Shown: positions 19,188 through 29,878 of the stretch, piece after piece
Position numbering within the stretch: position 1 is the first letter of the stretch
Layout: each line of letters begins with the position of its first letter
Source of the DNA: Candidatus Latescibacterota bacterium
GTDB lineage: Bacteria > Latescibacterota > UBA2968 > UBA8231
Reading direction: 5' to 3'
Length of the DNA: 64,000 nucleotides
Assembly: GCA_965223905.1 (NCBI GenBank)
Contig: CBDCXV010000010.1
Coordinates: forward strand, 480,001 to 544,000
The notes under the pieces: model-generated
Told to the model about the DNA's origin: nothing
What the model saw: the letters and a program-made list of their open reading frames with translations, nothing else
Databases searched by the model: none
Translations under genes and position numbers: made by a program

Positions 19188-20213
19188 ATGAGAAAAACAC
19201 TGCCTAGCGCAGAGCCACCCATTTGGGGGACTGTCGTTTATGCCTTTCCTCTATCGATTCTGGCGTCATCCGAGGACTATCTTCCATGGTTTTACAGCAG
19301 TTTCATTCAGCTCTGTGTTCCCAACTCCGATCCCCGTGCCGGGAACGCAGAGGTGTTCTTATACCAACCGTGGTTAACATCCATCGATGATCTTCTCCCA
19401 TGCCCCTTGTTGAAAGTCGCCACACTCGACCAGGAACTGGCAGCCAATTTGTGTAGGTCGGACATCATTAACTTCCTTATAGATTGCTTAAACGCTGACT
19501 ATTATGTTAAGCTTGAGGTAGACTACTTTTTTTTGCCTCCCATGCAAGGGTATAAGCAACGACATTTTGTACACCCGATACTTATTTTCGGCTACGACAC
19601 CGACATGGAGAGCTTCCAAATTCGCTGTTACGATTCTCGCGGACAGTTCGCGCCACACCAGGTTAAATTTCACGAGATCAGAGACGCGCAGGCTATTTCT
19701 GGCAAAAGACCGACAATCTTATACAAGTACCGCAGAGATCCAAACTTCCATTTTGCGTTTGATCCTGATCTCGTAATCCAGTTCATGTCTGACTATGTCA
19801 ATTCAGCGGATAGCGCTGCTCGATTTAGGATCATCAAGGAGACGGTGGATGTCTGGGGGATTGGCGTTTATGACTGGCTGACCGAGCAAATCAGTGATCT
19901 TTCCAAACAAGATAAATTGGGATTGCGGAGTGCGCTTATAAATTCATTCCGGATCCTTTGGGAGCATAAGAAGTGCATGGTGGCGCGGATTCAATACATG
20001 TGCGAACACGGATATTTACAGGAGGAGAACGCCTCGCTTGACGTATTCATGGAGATAGAACAAAAGATGGATATGGTCCGGTTGGTTATGCTGCGTTGGT
20101 CGATTAGCAGGCGCGTCGGGACGCTGGAGCACGTCAAGTCCTGGATACGGGAGATTGCAGAGCTGGAGAATGAAGCGTTGAGAGCCACGCTGAAGTCTGT
20201 ACAGGGACAGTAA
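19188..20213 (+). CDS. BtrH N-terminal-like (papain-fold) protein
   Basis: YLPWFYSSFIQL...VDYFFLP...HFVHPILIFGYD pattern; AT-richer than the flanks. Confidence 0.55.
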   Translation: MRKTLPSAEPPIWGTVVYAFPLSILASSEDYLPWFYSSFIQLCVPNSDPRAGNAEVFLYQPWLTSIDDLLPCPLLKVATLDQELAANLCRSDIINFLIDCLNADYYVKLEVDYFFLPPMQGYKQRHFVHPILIFGYDTDMESFQIRCYDSRGQFAPHQVKFHEIRDAQAISGKRPTILYKYRRDPNFHFAFDPDLVIQFMSDYVNSADSAARFRIIKETVDVWGIGVYDWLTEQISDLSKQDKLGLRSALINSFRILWEHKKCMVARIQYMCEHGYLQEENASLDVFMEIEQKMDMVRLVMLRWSISRRVGTLEHVKSWIREIAELENEALRATLKSVQGQ

Positions 20214-20590
20214 TCACCTGACACCTCTGTAAGAGCTTTTCGCCAAGCTCGAATGTAAGCTGCTGAATCGTCAAGGGTTGACCTATCCCTGCGTCATCCT
20301 TCGGTTGTATAGCGCATGGGCTGTCTGGCCAGCGGGGCCCCTTCCAAGTCTACGACGGCATTATAGTCCGCAAGCGCCCCCTCAGTGTCGCCAATTCGTC
20401 CCCGTATTATCCCACGGTTGTTGAGCGCGCGGGCGAATGTCAACGCCATTTTTCACCCGCCCACGGCTCGTGGTGGGATCGCCGATCCAGGCATCCAAAC
20501 GGTCTTCCCCTACCACTCGCGAAGTCCTTCCCTTCGTTTCAAGCAGACGGGGTCGCCACTCTCCATGCTCGCTACCCTCCCTCACTGTTC

Positions 20591-21364
20591 TCAAGGGTCG
20601 TCCACGTCGACGACCGCGCGCGCCTGGGGCGACAGCCGCGCCACCGTCCCGGGGCTGAGCGAGCGGCGCTGGTCGGTCTGCTGCGGGACGCTGCGGCGGC
20701 AGTAGTACCCGTGCATGCCCCAGCGCTTGCAACCGCTGGCATTGAACGTCCCCCCGTGCCAGAGGTGTCCGTTGAAGACCACCACCGTCCCGGCCGGCGC
20801 CTGCAGCTGCACCTGCTCAGGGTGAAGGTCCGTGGGGTCCTCCATCGCCTCGGCAGGGGTCCTGCGGCTCAGGTGCGATCCCGGCACCACGCGGGTGGCG
20901 CCGTTCTCTGCGGTGAAATCCGTTAGCAGCCAGACCGAGTTGCAGACCTGGAACTCCCCCGGCTCGACCCCCGTTCCCCAGTCGGCGTGGAAGCCCTGCA
21001 GCCCCTGCCCAGGGTGGGATGCCCGGGCGTTGAGCGAGGACAGCCTCAGATCGTCGCCGATGACGTGCCGGACCGCCGCCAGCAACCGGCGGTCGGTGAC
21101 GCACTTCTCGAACAGCGGGTCCTTGTCGATCAGGTTGGCCAGACGCGTGGTGCCCTCCTCCTGGTGCACCTCCTTGCCGGCCTCCTCCCCCTCCTTTTCT
21201 GCGAGCTCCTCGAGGCGGGCGACGAAGGCCGCCACCTCGGCCGGGGTCAGGACTTCGGCGAACGGCAGGTACCCCTGCTCGTCGAGGAAGGTCTTCTCCT
21301 CCGTCGAGAGCACGCCGTCGTGCACGCCGAGGCTGGCGAGGGCTTCCCGAATCTCCATGGTCAT
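20591..21364 (-). CDS. PhyH family dioxygenase
   Basis: FLDEQGYL, FHADW, ENGATRVVPGSH and AGTVVVFNGHLWHGG. Confidence 0.92.
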   Translation of the reverse strand: MTMEIREALASLGVHDGVLSTEEKTFLDEQGYLPFAEVLTPAEVAAFVARLEELAEKEGEEAGKEVHQEEGTTRLANLIDKDPLFEKCVTDRRLLAAVRHVIGDDLRLSSLNARASHPGQGLQGFHADWGTGVEPGEFQVCNSVWLLTDFTAENGATRVVPGSHLSRRTPAEAMEDPTDLHPEQVQLQAPAGTVVVFNGHLWHGGTFNASGCKRWGMHGYYCRRSVPQQTDQRRSLSPGTVARLSPQARAVVDVDDP

Positions 21365-21393
21365 TTCCGCCTGACTCCCCGGGGCTTACGCGG

Positions 21394-22299
21394 TCACGAC
21401 ATCCACGGGTACATCTCCCCGGCGAACGGCGCCGGCCCCTGCGGCCGCGGGTATCCCACCTTCTTCGGGTGCTTCTCCAGCGCCTCTTCCCAGGCGGCGG
21501 CCCACTCCTCGTAGGCAGTCAGCGCCCCGGGGTTCTCGCGGCTTCTCGCCACCAGGCCCGGCCACTCCGGTCTCGGCGAGGGGGTGCCGAGCCGCTGGTA
21601 GCGCAGGTCCATGCTCCAGCGGATACCGCCGGTCGCGTTGGGCCCGGAGCCGTGCGGGCAGAGCTTGTGGATGAAGATCACGTCCCCCTTCCGCATCGGC
21701 ACAGTCGCCGCTTCGTACTCGGGGAGCGAGCCGCCCCAGTACACGATTCCGCTTCGGTGCACCCGCCGCCCGACCTGCAGGCAGCCGTTCCCGGCGGTGG
21801 CCTCGGTCAGCGGCAACCAGACGGTCAGCACGAAGAGGTCCCGGGCCTCGGGAGTGGTGAAGATCGCGTCCTGGTGCCGGCCGGCGATGTTGGAATCCCT
21901 GTTCCGCGATTGGTCCGAGGGCAGCTTGGCGCGGATGTGGGAGATGGAGTTGCAGGAGATCTCCGGCCCGACGAACCCCTCGACCAGGTCGAGGAGATTG
22001 CCGTTGCGCATGAACTCGAAGGTCCCCCGCGGACGCGCCTGGCCGACGTCGAGGAACTCGTCCGAATCGAAGTAGGTCTCCTCGTCCTCGTCGCAGATGC
22101 GCGCCAGCCGCGTGTCGAACGGCTCCTCTTCGTGCAGGCGTGAAATCCGCCCCTCGGCGTGCAGCTTCTTCGCCAGGTCGGCGACGATGGCGGAGTAGTC
22201 GTCGATCACCGGCTGCAGGTCGCCGTCGGTCAGCGCCCCCTCGACCACTACGTATCCCTGGTCGACGAACTGCTCGCGGTGTCGTTCGCTCAGTTTCAT
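21394..22299 (-). CDS. PhyH family dioxygenase
   Basis: FVDQGYVVV, RHQD, NGCLQV and GDVIFIHKLCPHGS; ATG 22299 with ggagag RBS. Confidence 0.88.
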   Translation of the reverse strand: MKLSERHREQFVDQGYVVVEGALTDGDLQPVIDDYSAIVADLAKKLHAEGRISRLHEEEPFDTRLARICDEDEETYFDSDEFLDVGQARPRGTFEFMRNGNLLDLVEGFVGPEISCNSISHIRAKLPSDQSRNRDSNIAGRHQDAIFTTPEARDLFVLTVWLPLTEATAGNGCLQVGRRVHRSGIVYWGGSLPEYEAATVPMRKGDVIFIHKLCPHGSGPNATGGIRWSMDLRYQRLGTPSPRPEWPGLVARSRENPGALTAYEEWAAAWEEALEKHPKKVGYPRPQGPAPFAGEMYPWMS

Positions 22300-22689
22300 G
22301 TTCGCTCTCCAAGTGCCCTTCGGCGCAAGTATTCTCACCTGCCATCCTCAACAGCGGGTGAAACCCGAACCCATGCCATCTCCATGAATCGGAAATAAGG
22401 GTGTCGGTGCGCCCGAACCGCAAGGCGTGCTGCCCGGTAGCATCGGGTGGGATGCGGCGGAAAAGCGGATGCGACGGCTGCGTGCCCGGGTGAAACGGAC
22501 GATCTGCCTTGAGCGCGGGCGGCCATCGTCCTATATCATTTCCGGTGAAACGGGCCGGGCCGGGGTGACCGGCCAGGGTCCACGGGGATTCCGCCCACCA
22601 GTCAGCAGGTCTGATGGAACGACAACCGCTGCACGATTTCGGAGCAAATACTCTTCAACGGCGTCGCCCAAACCGTCGCGCGGGAGTGA

Positions 22690-22783
22690 GAGCGACCTCC
22701 CGGCGCCGCGGGGCAGGCCGGTGCGGCTGCGGTTCGCAGGTGCCTCGGTGAAGCTGTACGCGTTTCAGTCTGTCGGCGCCTGA
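22690..22783 (+). pseudogene. Remnant 3' end of a beta-propeller glycosidase-like gene (paralog of 60049-61536)
   Basis: SDLPAPRGRPVRLRFAGASVKLYAFQ* matches the C-terminus SDVGALAGRPLRLRFVMRGVKLYAFRF of the gene at 60049; its stop lies 1 nt before the next ATG. Confidence 0.6.
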
Positions 22784-22784
22784 C

Positions 22785-24458
22785 ATGCCCGGCAACCCGC
22801 TACCCTACCGGTGGCCGCCGCGGATCATCTTCAATACCGACGGCTGCCTGGTCTTCAAGTACCTCAAACGCCGCAATTCCGACGACGTCACGGCCATGAT
22901 GGTGCCGCTGGCGGACACCGCCGTCGACGTCGTCTCCGTGCTCGTCGGCATCAACGACGACCTGAGCTGGCGGGGCAGCCCGCACGGCGAGCTGTGGGGG
23001 GAAACCATAGGCGCGCCGCCGCAGGGAATGGCCCCCGGCGATCTCCTGCAGAAGAACCTCGCCGCCATGGTAGAGGACGGGCACGACGTTTTCCAGCTGT
23101 ACGTCGATCGCGCGCGCCAGTCGGGCCTGGGCATCTACGCCTCCTTCCGCATGAACGACGCCCACCGCAACATGGAGCACCGCATGGCGGACGCGCGCCG
23201 CTCGGCCCTGATGCTGAATCGTCCCGATCTGCTGATCGGCTCGCCGGCACCCGGCGGCGCGACGGGGTACGCAGAGGACTTCAACTTCTGCTGGCAATGG
23301 GATTTCGCCCAGCCCGGGGTGCGCGGCCGTTTCCTCGGCCTGTTCGACGAAACCATGGCGCGCTACGATGTCGACGGCCTGGAGCTGGATTTCTGCCGAA
23401 CCCCCCCTTTCTTCAAACCGCACCAGGGATTCAAACAGAGCGCCACGATGACGGAGTTCATGCGTCAGGCGCGCGCGATCGTGCGCAGCCACGCAGCCGG
23501 GAAGGGCAGAGAGATGAAGCTTTGCTGCCGCGTCCCCTGCAGCTTCGACGCCTGCATGGAGCTGGGACTCGATCCGGAAACCTGGCTCGAGAACGGCCTG
23601 GTGGATATCGCGGCGGTTTCCTCCTCCGGAGGCTGGCAGCTGGAAATGGATGTGGAGCGAGCCGTGACCGCGGCGGGGAAGAGCGGGGCCCTCGTGTACG
23701 TCGGGTCGGCCGGGACGTACAAAGCGTCGCCGCAGGAGGGCTACGAGAGCGGCCAGCCTTCGCTGCGGCGCGCCATCGCCCTCAACGGCTATCGGCAGGG
23801 AGCCGCCGGCATCCATCTCTTCAACCACGACTACGCCAACCATCGCGCGCAGCCGGTGGCGGAGGGGGACGCGAGCGACATGCCCCCGGTCGCATCACCG
23901 CCACTCTACAGTGGGCTGCAGGCTTCGTTCGATTCGGACCGGTTTACGAGGAAGGACCTGCAGACTCTGTGCGATCTGGGCGATCCGCAAGCCCTGGCGC
24001 GGGTCGATCGCTGTTACCACCTGAACGACGGTTCCTACCTGGGCGACTTTCGACCGCAACTGCCGCGCAGGCTGGCCCTCACCGGCCGCGGGGCAGGTCC
24101 GGCCCACGCCCTGCGGCTTCCCATCGAGGACGACATCGACGGCGGACGGGCTGACGGGCGCATCGTCGGGACGGAGCTGCGCCTTCGCCTCACCGGGCAC
24201 GAGCCGTGCCTGCCGCGGATTCGCTGCGAGGTCAACGGACGGCGCGTCGACCTGCTGTCGGCGTGGAAAGTGCGGAACTCGCTGGACGAGGAATGGCTGG
24301 CGGTGGACGACCCCCCGCTGCGCCGCGGTGAAAACCGGGTTCTGGTGGTGATCGAGGGGTTCGACCTGCCGGAAGGGTACGAGCAGAAGGGGCCGGGACC
24401 GGGAGCGGGTTGGCCGACCTTGCATCAGTGTGAGCTGCTGGTCCGGTGCGCCGATTAG
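22785..24458 (+). CDS. Glycoside hydrolase-like TIM-barrel protein (GHL10/DUF187-like)
   Basis: IIFNTDG, ASFRMNDAH, WDFAQPGVR and YDVDGLELDFCR. Confidence 0.7.
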   Translation: MPGNPLPYRWPPRIIFNTDGCLVFKYLKRRNSDDVTAMMVPLADTAVDVVSVLVGINDDLSWRGSPHGELWGETIGAPPQGMAPGDLLQKNLAAMVEDGHDVFQLYVDRARQSGLGIYASFRMNDAHRNMEHRMADARRSALMLNRPDLLIGSPAPGGATGYAEDFNFCWQWDFAQPGVRGRFLGLFDETMARYDVDGLELDFCRTPPFFKPHQGFKQSATMTEFMRQARAIVRSHAAGKGREMKLCCRVPCSFDACMELGLDPETWLENGLVDIAAVSSSGGWQLEMDVERAVTAAGKSGALVYVGSAGTYKASPQEGYESGQPSLRRAIALNGYRQGAAGIHLFNHDYANHRAQPVAEGDASDMPPVASPPLYSGLQASFDSDRFTRKDLQTLCDLGDPQALARVDRCYHLNDGSYLGDFRPQLPRRLALTGRGAGPAHALRLPIEDDIDGGRADGRIVGTELRLRLTGHEPCLPRIRCEVNGRRVDLLSAWKVRNSLDEEWLAVDDPPLRRGENRVLVVIEGFDLPEGYEQKGPGPGAGWPTLHQCELLVRCAD

Positions 24459-24666
24459 AGCGGGTGCGCAGGAATCGTCGTCTACGGCTGGTATCGGGCG
24501 TTGCCGGCCGGCCGCCGGGGCAGCGACAAGCAACTGCAGACGGAGCCCGCGCCCAGCTGACGACGCCGGTCTCGGGTAATTGCCCCCGCAACCGATTCCG
24601 ATCCACCTTATCCGCGGTTTTCGCCAAGCCCACCTGTCACCTCAACCCACCGGAAACTTTTCATCC

Positions 24667-25077
24667 ATGTCCGAAGTCACCGATCAGACCATCCAGCAGG
24701 GGTTCGAACAGTTCGCCAGGATGGCGGGCGAGGAACGCGCCTCGCAGCTGCGCGAAGCCTGGCACCGCATCTCGCCGGACTTCGAGCATTTCGTCCTCGG
24801 CGCTCTGGGAGGCCAGGTCTGGACCCGGCCCGGCCTCGACCCGCGCACCCGCAGCCTGGTCACGATCTCGGCGCTGGCCGCTCTCAACCGCCCGCGCGCG
24901 CTGAGCCTGAACATCGAGATGGCCCTCGGCAACGGCGCCACCCGCGAGGAGATTCGCGAGACCCTGTTGCAGATGGCCTTTTACGCCGGCTTCCCGGTCG
25001 CCTGGGAGGGACTCGCCGCAGCCGATGAGGTCTTCAGGCAGCTCGACGCCGACTGTTCGGGAACGGCACCCATCTGA
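24667..25077 (+). CDS. Carboxymuconolactone decarboxylase family protein
   Basis: GQVWTRPGLDPRTRSLVTISAL...GATREEIRETLLQMAFYAGFP. Confidence 0.9.
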   Translation: MSEVTDQTIQQGFEQFARMAGEERASQLREAWHRISPDFEHFVLGALGGQVWTRPGLDPRTRSLVTISALAALNRPRALSLNIEMALGNGATREEIRETLLQMAFYAGFPVAWEGLAAADEVFRQLDADCSGTAPI

Positions 25078-25222
25078 TCGATGCGGTCCGTTTTTCGCCG
25101 AGCCGAACCGGTATGGGTGATCGCAGCCCGGGAGCGCGGCTTTGAGGACTGCGGCTATTTGCCCCTGCACGCGAGACTTTCGGATGCAGCGGTAGAGGGG
25201 CTTCGCAGCGTGATGGCACCTC

Positions 25223-26321
25223 TCAGCTCAGCTGCACCCGCCGCCCGGTGCGGGACGATTCGTACGCGGCGTCGATTATGTGCAGCACGCGCCGGGCATC
25301 TTCGGCGCTGACCAAAGGCCGCTCGTTCTCCCGCACGGCCTTAACGAACGCGGCGACGAACTGATACCCCCACTCATCTGCATACACGGGCCGGGGAGCG
25401 ACCTCCATGCGAAAGCTGCGCACCGGCGCCCCCTGCCATGCCGGCAGGGCGCTGGCGACGGCAAGCTCACCGGCGCCCGGCGACGGCCAGGTCGCCGTAC
25501 CGAGGGTGCCGCGCAGACCGAAGTAAGTGTCGTTTCGGGGACCGACACCGGGCAGGAGATACCCCATGTGCAGACAGGCGTGCACGCCGTTGTCGAATTC
25601 CAGCGCGACCGTGGCCACATCTTCCAGGCCCTCTTCCATGGCGCCGATCGCGCGGCCGCACAGGGCGGTCACCGACCTGACCTGTGCGCCGCTGAAGAAG
25701 TGGAAGAGAGTGAGCCAGTGGCCGCCCTCCATATGGAGGATGCCGCCCCCTTCGCCGGCGCTGGTGTACATCCAGTGTTCCGGGTCGCGCATTCCGGGCC
25801 CGACCTGGAGCGTGACCAGGCGGGCCTCCATGGCCACCAGGTCGCCGAGAAGACCGGCGTCGATATGGCGCTTGATCTCGAGGGCGACCGGATGGCAGAC
25901 CCACGGGTACCCCGCTTGAATCACCAGACCCCGGTCGGCCGCAACCCTGCAAAGCGGGTCCAGCTCCGCGGCGGTTCGCGCCGCCTGTTTCTCGATGTAC
26001 AGGTGCTTGCCCGCCTCGGCCAGGCGCAGAGCTGCCGAGGCCGCCTCCGACGGCGGCAGCATGACAAGGGCGGCGTCGAATTCCACATCGGCCAACAGGG
26101 CGGACAGATCCGTTTGGATGCCGGCCTCAGGGTCCGCTTTCCGGATCGCCTCGAGGGCGGCGGCTTCCGACCGATCCCATTCGCAGTAGGCGACCACATC
26201 CACATCGGGCTGGGCCTTGAACGATTTCAGCAGGCCGTGATTGCCGTCCGGATCGAGGTCCCCTGCGTGGATGCGCAGGCCGACTACGGCGGTTTTGAGA
26301 GAGGGCTTTCACAGTGGCCAT
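25223..26321 (-). CDS. Gfo/Idh/MocA family oxidoreductase (frameshift near the start)
   Basis: AGKHLYIEKQ and GGGILHMEGGH. The frame stays open upstream of 26203 as KPSLKTAVVGL and joins ATG 26321 if one A is removed at ~26308. Confidence 0.85.
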
Positions 26322-26598
26322 ATTCATCACCTGCTCAGGGCGGGAGGTTGTGTTGGTCAGCGCTATTCAGAAATATCGCCTGTCTCGACTGCGATTCCAT
26401 CGGTACCCGGGGAATGGGAGTCGAGGCGCAGGCGAGCATGGTACGCTCATGAACGCATCCGCCTTTACGGAGTGCCTCCAGCGCGCTGGAAGCAGCAGCA
26501 CAAGTCATCAGGGGCGAACCTCATGTCATCCACCGCGGAAGATGCGATGATTCGATGGCCGGGGGGTCCAATCCTCGAGGGATGACCCGGGAGAACAC

Positions 26599-27660
26599 AT
26601 GAGGGAGACGGAGACGATGTACTACCGACGTCCGCTGCATATCCTCAGTGGGATCTATCGCCCCCTGCCGGCACGGCGCTTCGTCATGACGACGATGGGC
26701 GGGTACTGGCCGGTCCTCCAGAAGCTGCACAACGGCCACCTCGGCGTCGTCACTCGAGACGGCGATTTCCACCTTGGAGAGCGGGGCCGCCTGGTCTTCG
26801 TCCATTCCCCGGACGGCGGGGAGTCGTGGAGCCGTTCCATCGCGATATCGGAAGAGGGATCCGACAACCGCAACCCCGCCTTCGGGGTCACATCCCGGGG
26901 GACGCTGCTCGCCTCTTTCATCAAGCAGGTGAACTACACGGACGGCCTGTACGACAGGGTCCATACGGTGCCGACCCCGCTGTACCTGGCGCGCTCCGAG
27001 GACCACGGGCAGACCTGGGCAACCGGGCTTGCCCAGGTGGAAGGCCACGACGAATTCATCGTCGGGTCCCCCTTCGGCAAGATGATCACCCGTGCCGACG
27101 GGGGCGTGACCATGCCCTTCTACCGGGACGGGGCCAGCGCCTTCATCACCTCGTGGGACGACGGACGGACGTGGAGCGCACCCAACGTCATCTCTGACCG
27201 CGGCTACAACGAGACGGGACTGTGCGACCTGGGCGGCGGCCGCTTCCTTGCCGTGTTCCGCGACGACGGTCAGGGCGCGTTGTCGCAGTCCGTCTCCGGC
27301 GACGACGGCGCCACCTGGTCCGATCCGGTGCGGATTACCGAACCTGCAGAGCATCCGGGCGACGTCATCAAGCTCGCCGATGGGCGCCTGCTCCTCACCT
27401 ATGGCAGGCGCACGACCCCGTTCGGGGTCTTCGGTCTCGTCAGCCGCAACGATGGCGAAACCTGGGACCGGGACAACCGGCTGCTCCTCGTCGCCGACGC
27501 GGGCAGCGATCTGGGATACCCGAGCAGCATCCAGCGCGACGACGGCGCGGTCGTGACCGTCTATTACTCGGACCAGCTGCATATCCGCCGTGGACCGCGC
27601 TCGGAGACCATAGGTATCCACGGCGCCGCGGTCGTTTACCGCCCCGAAGACCTGCCATGA
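26599..27660 (+). CDS. Sialidase-like BNR-repeat protein
   Basis: Five Asp-boxes: SPDGGESW, SEDHGQTW, SWDDGRTW, SGDDGATW and SRNDGETW. Confidence 0.85.
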   Translation: MRETETMYYRRPLHILSGIYRPLPARRFVMTTMGGYWPVLQKLHNGHLGVVTRDGDFHLGERGRLVFVHSPDGGESWSRSIAISEEGSDNRNPAFGVTSRGTLLASFIKQVNYTDGLYDRVHTVPTPLYLARSEDHGQTWATGLAQVEGHDEFIVGSPFGKMITRADGGVTMPFYRDGASAFITSWDDGRTWSAPNVISDRGYNETGLCDLGGGRFLAVFRDDGQGALSQSVSGDDGATWSDPVRITEPAEHPGDVIKLADGRLLLTYGRRTTPFGVFGLVSRNDGETWDRDNRLLLVADAGSDLGYPSSIQRDDGAVVTVYYSDQLHIRRGPRSETIGIHGAAVVYRPEDLP

Positions 27661-27676
27661 GAGGACTCGTCAAAAG

Positions 27677-28705
27677 ATGAAAGCGCTCGTGAAAACCGCG
27701 GCAGGGGTCGGCCACATCGATCTGCTGGATGTCCCGGAGCCGGCGCCGGAGTCCGATCAGCTCAAAATCGAAGTGATGGCGGCAGCGATCTGCGGCACGG
27801 ATCTCCACATCCACGACGACGAATACCCGAACAACCCTCCCTTCATCCTGGGTCACGAGATGTCGGGCGTCGTCGTCGAGGCGGGCGACAGCGTGACCGC
27901 CTTCAAGGTCGGCGACCGGGTGAGCTCCGAGAGTTTCCGGCATACCTGCGGACAATGCCGGTTCTGCCGCAGCGGACTCATCGGACTCTGCATCGAGCGC
28001 CGCAGCATGGGCGTGCACGCCGACGGGGCCTTCGCCAGGTACGTGTGTCAGCGGGAGGAAAGCGTGCACAGGCTCCCGGCCAACGTCGACTTCGAAAGCG
28101 GCTCCCTGTGCGAGCCGACCGCAGTAGCCGTGCGTGCCGTGTACGAACGCGCCTCCGTATCCCCGGGCGATGTGGTCATGATCTCGGGACCAGGGCCCGT
28201 CGGCCTGCTCTGCCTGCAGGCGGCCAGGGCCCTCGGCGCCACGGTCGTTCTGGTCGGAGCTTCCGGAGATGAAGCCCGCCTGGAGCTCGGGAAAGCACTG
28301 GGCGCCGACGCCGTCCTTCAGGTGGGAACGGACTCTTTCGATCAGCTGCAGGACCGGACCGGCGGACTGGGAGCGGATATTGCGATCGAGTGCGGCGGGT
28401 CGCCGGCGTCGCTGCATCAGTGCATCGCCCAGGCCCGCAAGGGGGCGCAGCTGGTGCTGGTCGGCCTGTACAGCGGCGATGTCGCGGTCGATCTCAACGC
28501 CGCGATCATCAAGGAGCAGACCCTGCTCCCGAGCTTCACCTACGGGCACGAGACCTGGGAGCGGGCACTGCAGTTGCTCGGTGAGGGGAAGATCGCGACT
28601 GCCCCGCTGATAAGCGGCCGTTTCCCGCTGGCCGAGTGGGAACAGGCATTCGCGACCGTGCGTTCCCGGCGCGGGCACAAATACCTGCTCCTGCCGGAGG
28701 CGTGA
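27677..28705 (+). CDS. Zinc-binding alcohol/polyol dehydrogenase (MDR family)
   Basis: ICGTD, GHE, CGQCRFC...C structural zinc site and GPGPVG. Confidence 0.92.
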   Translation: MKALVKTAAGVGHIDLLDVPEPAPESDQLKIEVMAAAICGTDLHIHDDEYPNNPPFILGHEMSGVVVEAGDSVTAFKVGDRVSSESFRHTCGQCRFCRSGLIGLCIERRSMGVHADGAFARYVCQREESVHRLPANVDFESGSLCEPTAVAVRAVYERASVSPGDVVMISGPGPVGLLCLQAARALGATVVLVGASGDEARLELGKALGADAVLQVGTDSFDQLQDRTGGLGADIAIECGGSPASLHQCIAQARKGAQLVLVGLYSGDVAVDLNAAIIKEQTLLPSFTYGHETWERALQLLGEGKIATAPLISGRFPLAEWEQAFATVRSRRGHKYLLLPEA

Positions 28706-28856
28706 ATTTCCGGCGCAAGTTATCCGTGGGACGCGGCTCTATGAGGCAGTTCGACAGGGTCGGTTCGCTGCTTTCCGCCCCCGGTCACCGACCGCCAACC
28801 CGCCAAACCAGGCGCCGGCCTGTAGAAGGCCTTTGTCAATCAATGCGAGGCGGCGG

Positions 28857-29528
28857 TCAGCGCTCGCGCACCAGCACCGCCCGCCCTCCGGTGATCGCGC
28901 GCAGCGAGCGCACGGCACCCGACTTCATCAGGGCGACGTCTTCCTCGACCAGCACCGCCTGCGTGCCGTCGACGCCCAGCTCGATCTCGCCTCCCGACAC
29001 CAGCCAGTGTTCGTTCGACGGCAGGGCTTCCTCGGCAGCCAGGGTCTCGCCGGCGTCGAAATGGATCTCGCGGAACTCGCTCAACGGACAGCGTTCCCCC
29101 GGGTCTGCAAGCGGCCCGCGGTTCTCGGCCCCCGGGACCACGAAACCCTCCCCGGCCGGCATCGGCTCCCCCTCCTCCACCAGTATGTGGGCGGCCCGCT
29201 TCCTGCCTTCCATCGGCGTTACGATCGCGGTGTTCTCGTAGGGCTCGAACATCTGGAAACGATGCACCACCCCCATCGGGGTGTAGACCATCGTGTTCGG
29301 GGTCACCTCCCGTTTCCGGTCTCCGACCCAGACCTCGCCGCGGCCGGAGCGGAACAGCCAGATCTCGTCGTTGTCGTGGTAGTGCGGCTCGACGCCGTGT
29401 CCCGGAGGGGCGGTCGTGAACAGGCGCAGGCAGTTGAGCGCCGTCCAGGACGGAAACTCGTCCTGCTCCCAGTACACGAGGTTGGAGTTTTGCGAACGGA
29501 TCTCGAAGCGATCCCCGCGCAGAATCAT
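28857..29528 (-). CDS. Cupin domain protein
   Basis: PHYHDNDEIWLF...PMGVVH cupin motifs. Confidence 0.8.
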   Translation of the reverse strand: MILRGDRFEIRSQNSNLVYWEQDEFPSWTALNCLRLFTTAPPGHGVEPHYHDNDEIWLFRSGRGEVWVGDRKREVTPNTMVYTPMGVVHRFQMFEPYENTAIVTPMEGRKRAAHILVEEGEPMPAGEGFVVPGAENRGPLADPGERCPLSEFREIHFDAGETLAAEEALPSNEHWLVSGGEIELGVDGTQAVLVEEDVALMKSGAVRSLRAITGGRAVLVRER

Positions 29529-29643
29529 CGGCGGCCTGACTCTGTCAGGGGACTACACTGAACTTGGGAAAATCCACAATCAACGGAAGGACCGCGGGGA
29601 TATCGTCCTGCTCTTCTTCGCCCAGGCACGAAGCCCTTTTCAG

Positions 29644-29868
29644 TCAAGGGGGGGAGACAAGGACTGCATCGACGGGTTGAGGGATAGGGATCCCTTCGTT
29701 TGCGAGCATGTCCAGATGTTCGGAGACGGCTTCCGCTATCAGTCGTTCGGTCTCTTCCTTGGTATCGCCGGCGGCTACGCAACCGGGTAAATCGGGCAAG
29801 TAGGCGGAATAGCCGTTGCCGGTCCGTTCGAAAACTACGGTGTAGACTTTCAAGGTTGTTGGGGTCAT
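29644..29868 (-). CDS. hicB: HicB family antitoxin
   Basis: YTVVFE...YSAYLPDLPGCVAAGDTKEE...GIPIP. Confidence 0.9.
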   Translation of the reverse strand: MTPTTLKVYTVVFERTGNGYSAYLPDLPGCVAAGDTKEETERLIAEAVSEHLDMLANEGIPIPQPVDAVLVSPP

Positions 29869-29878
29869 TAATGCACCT

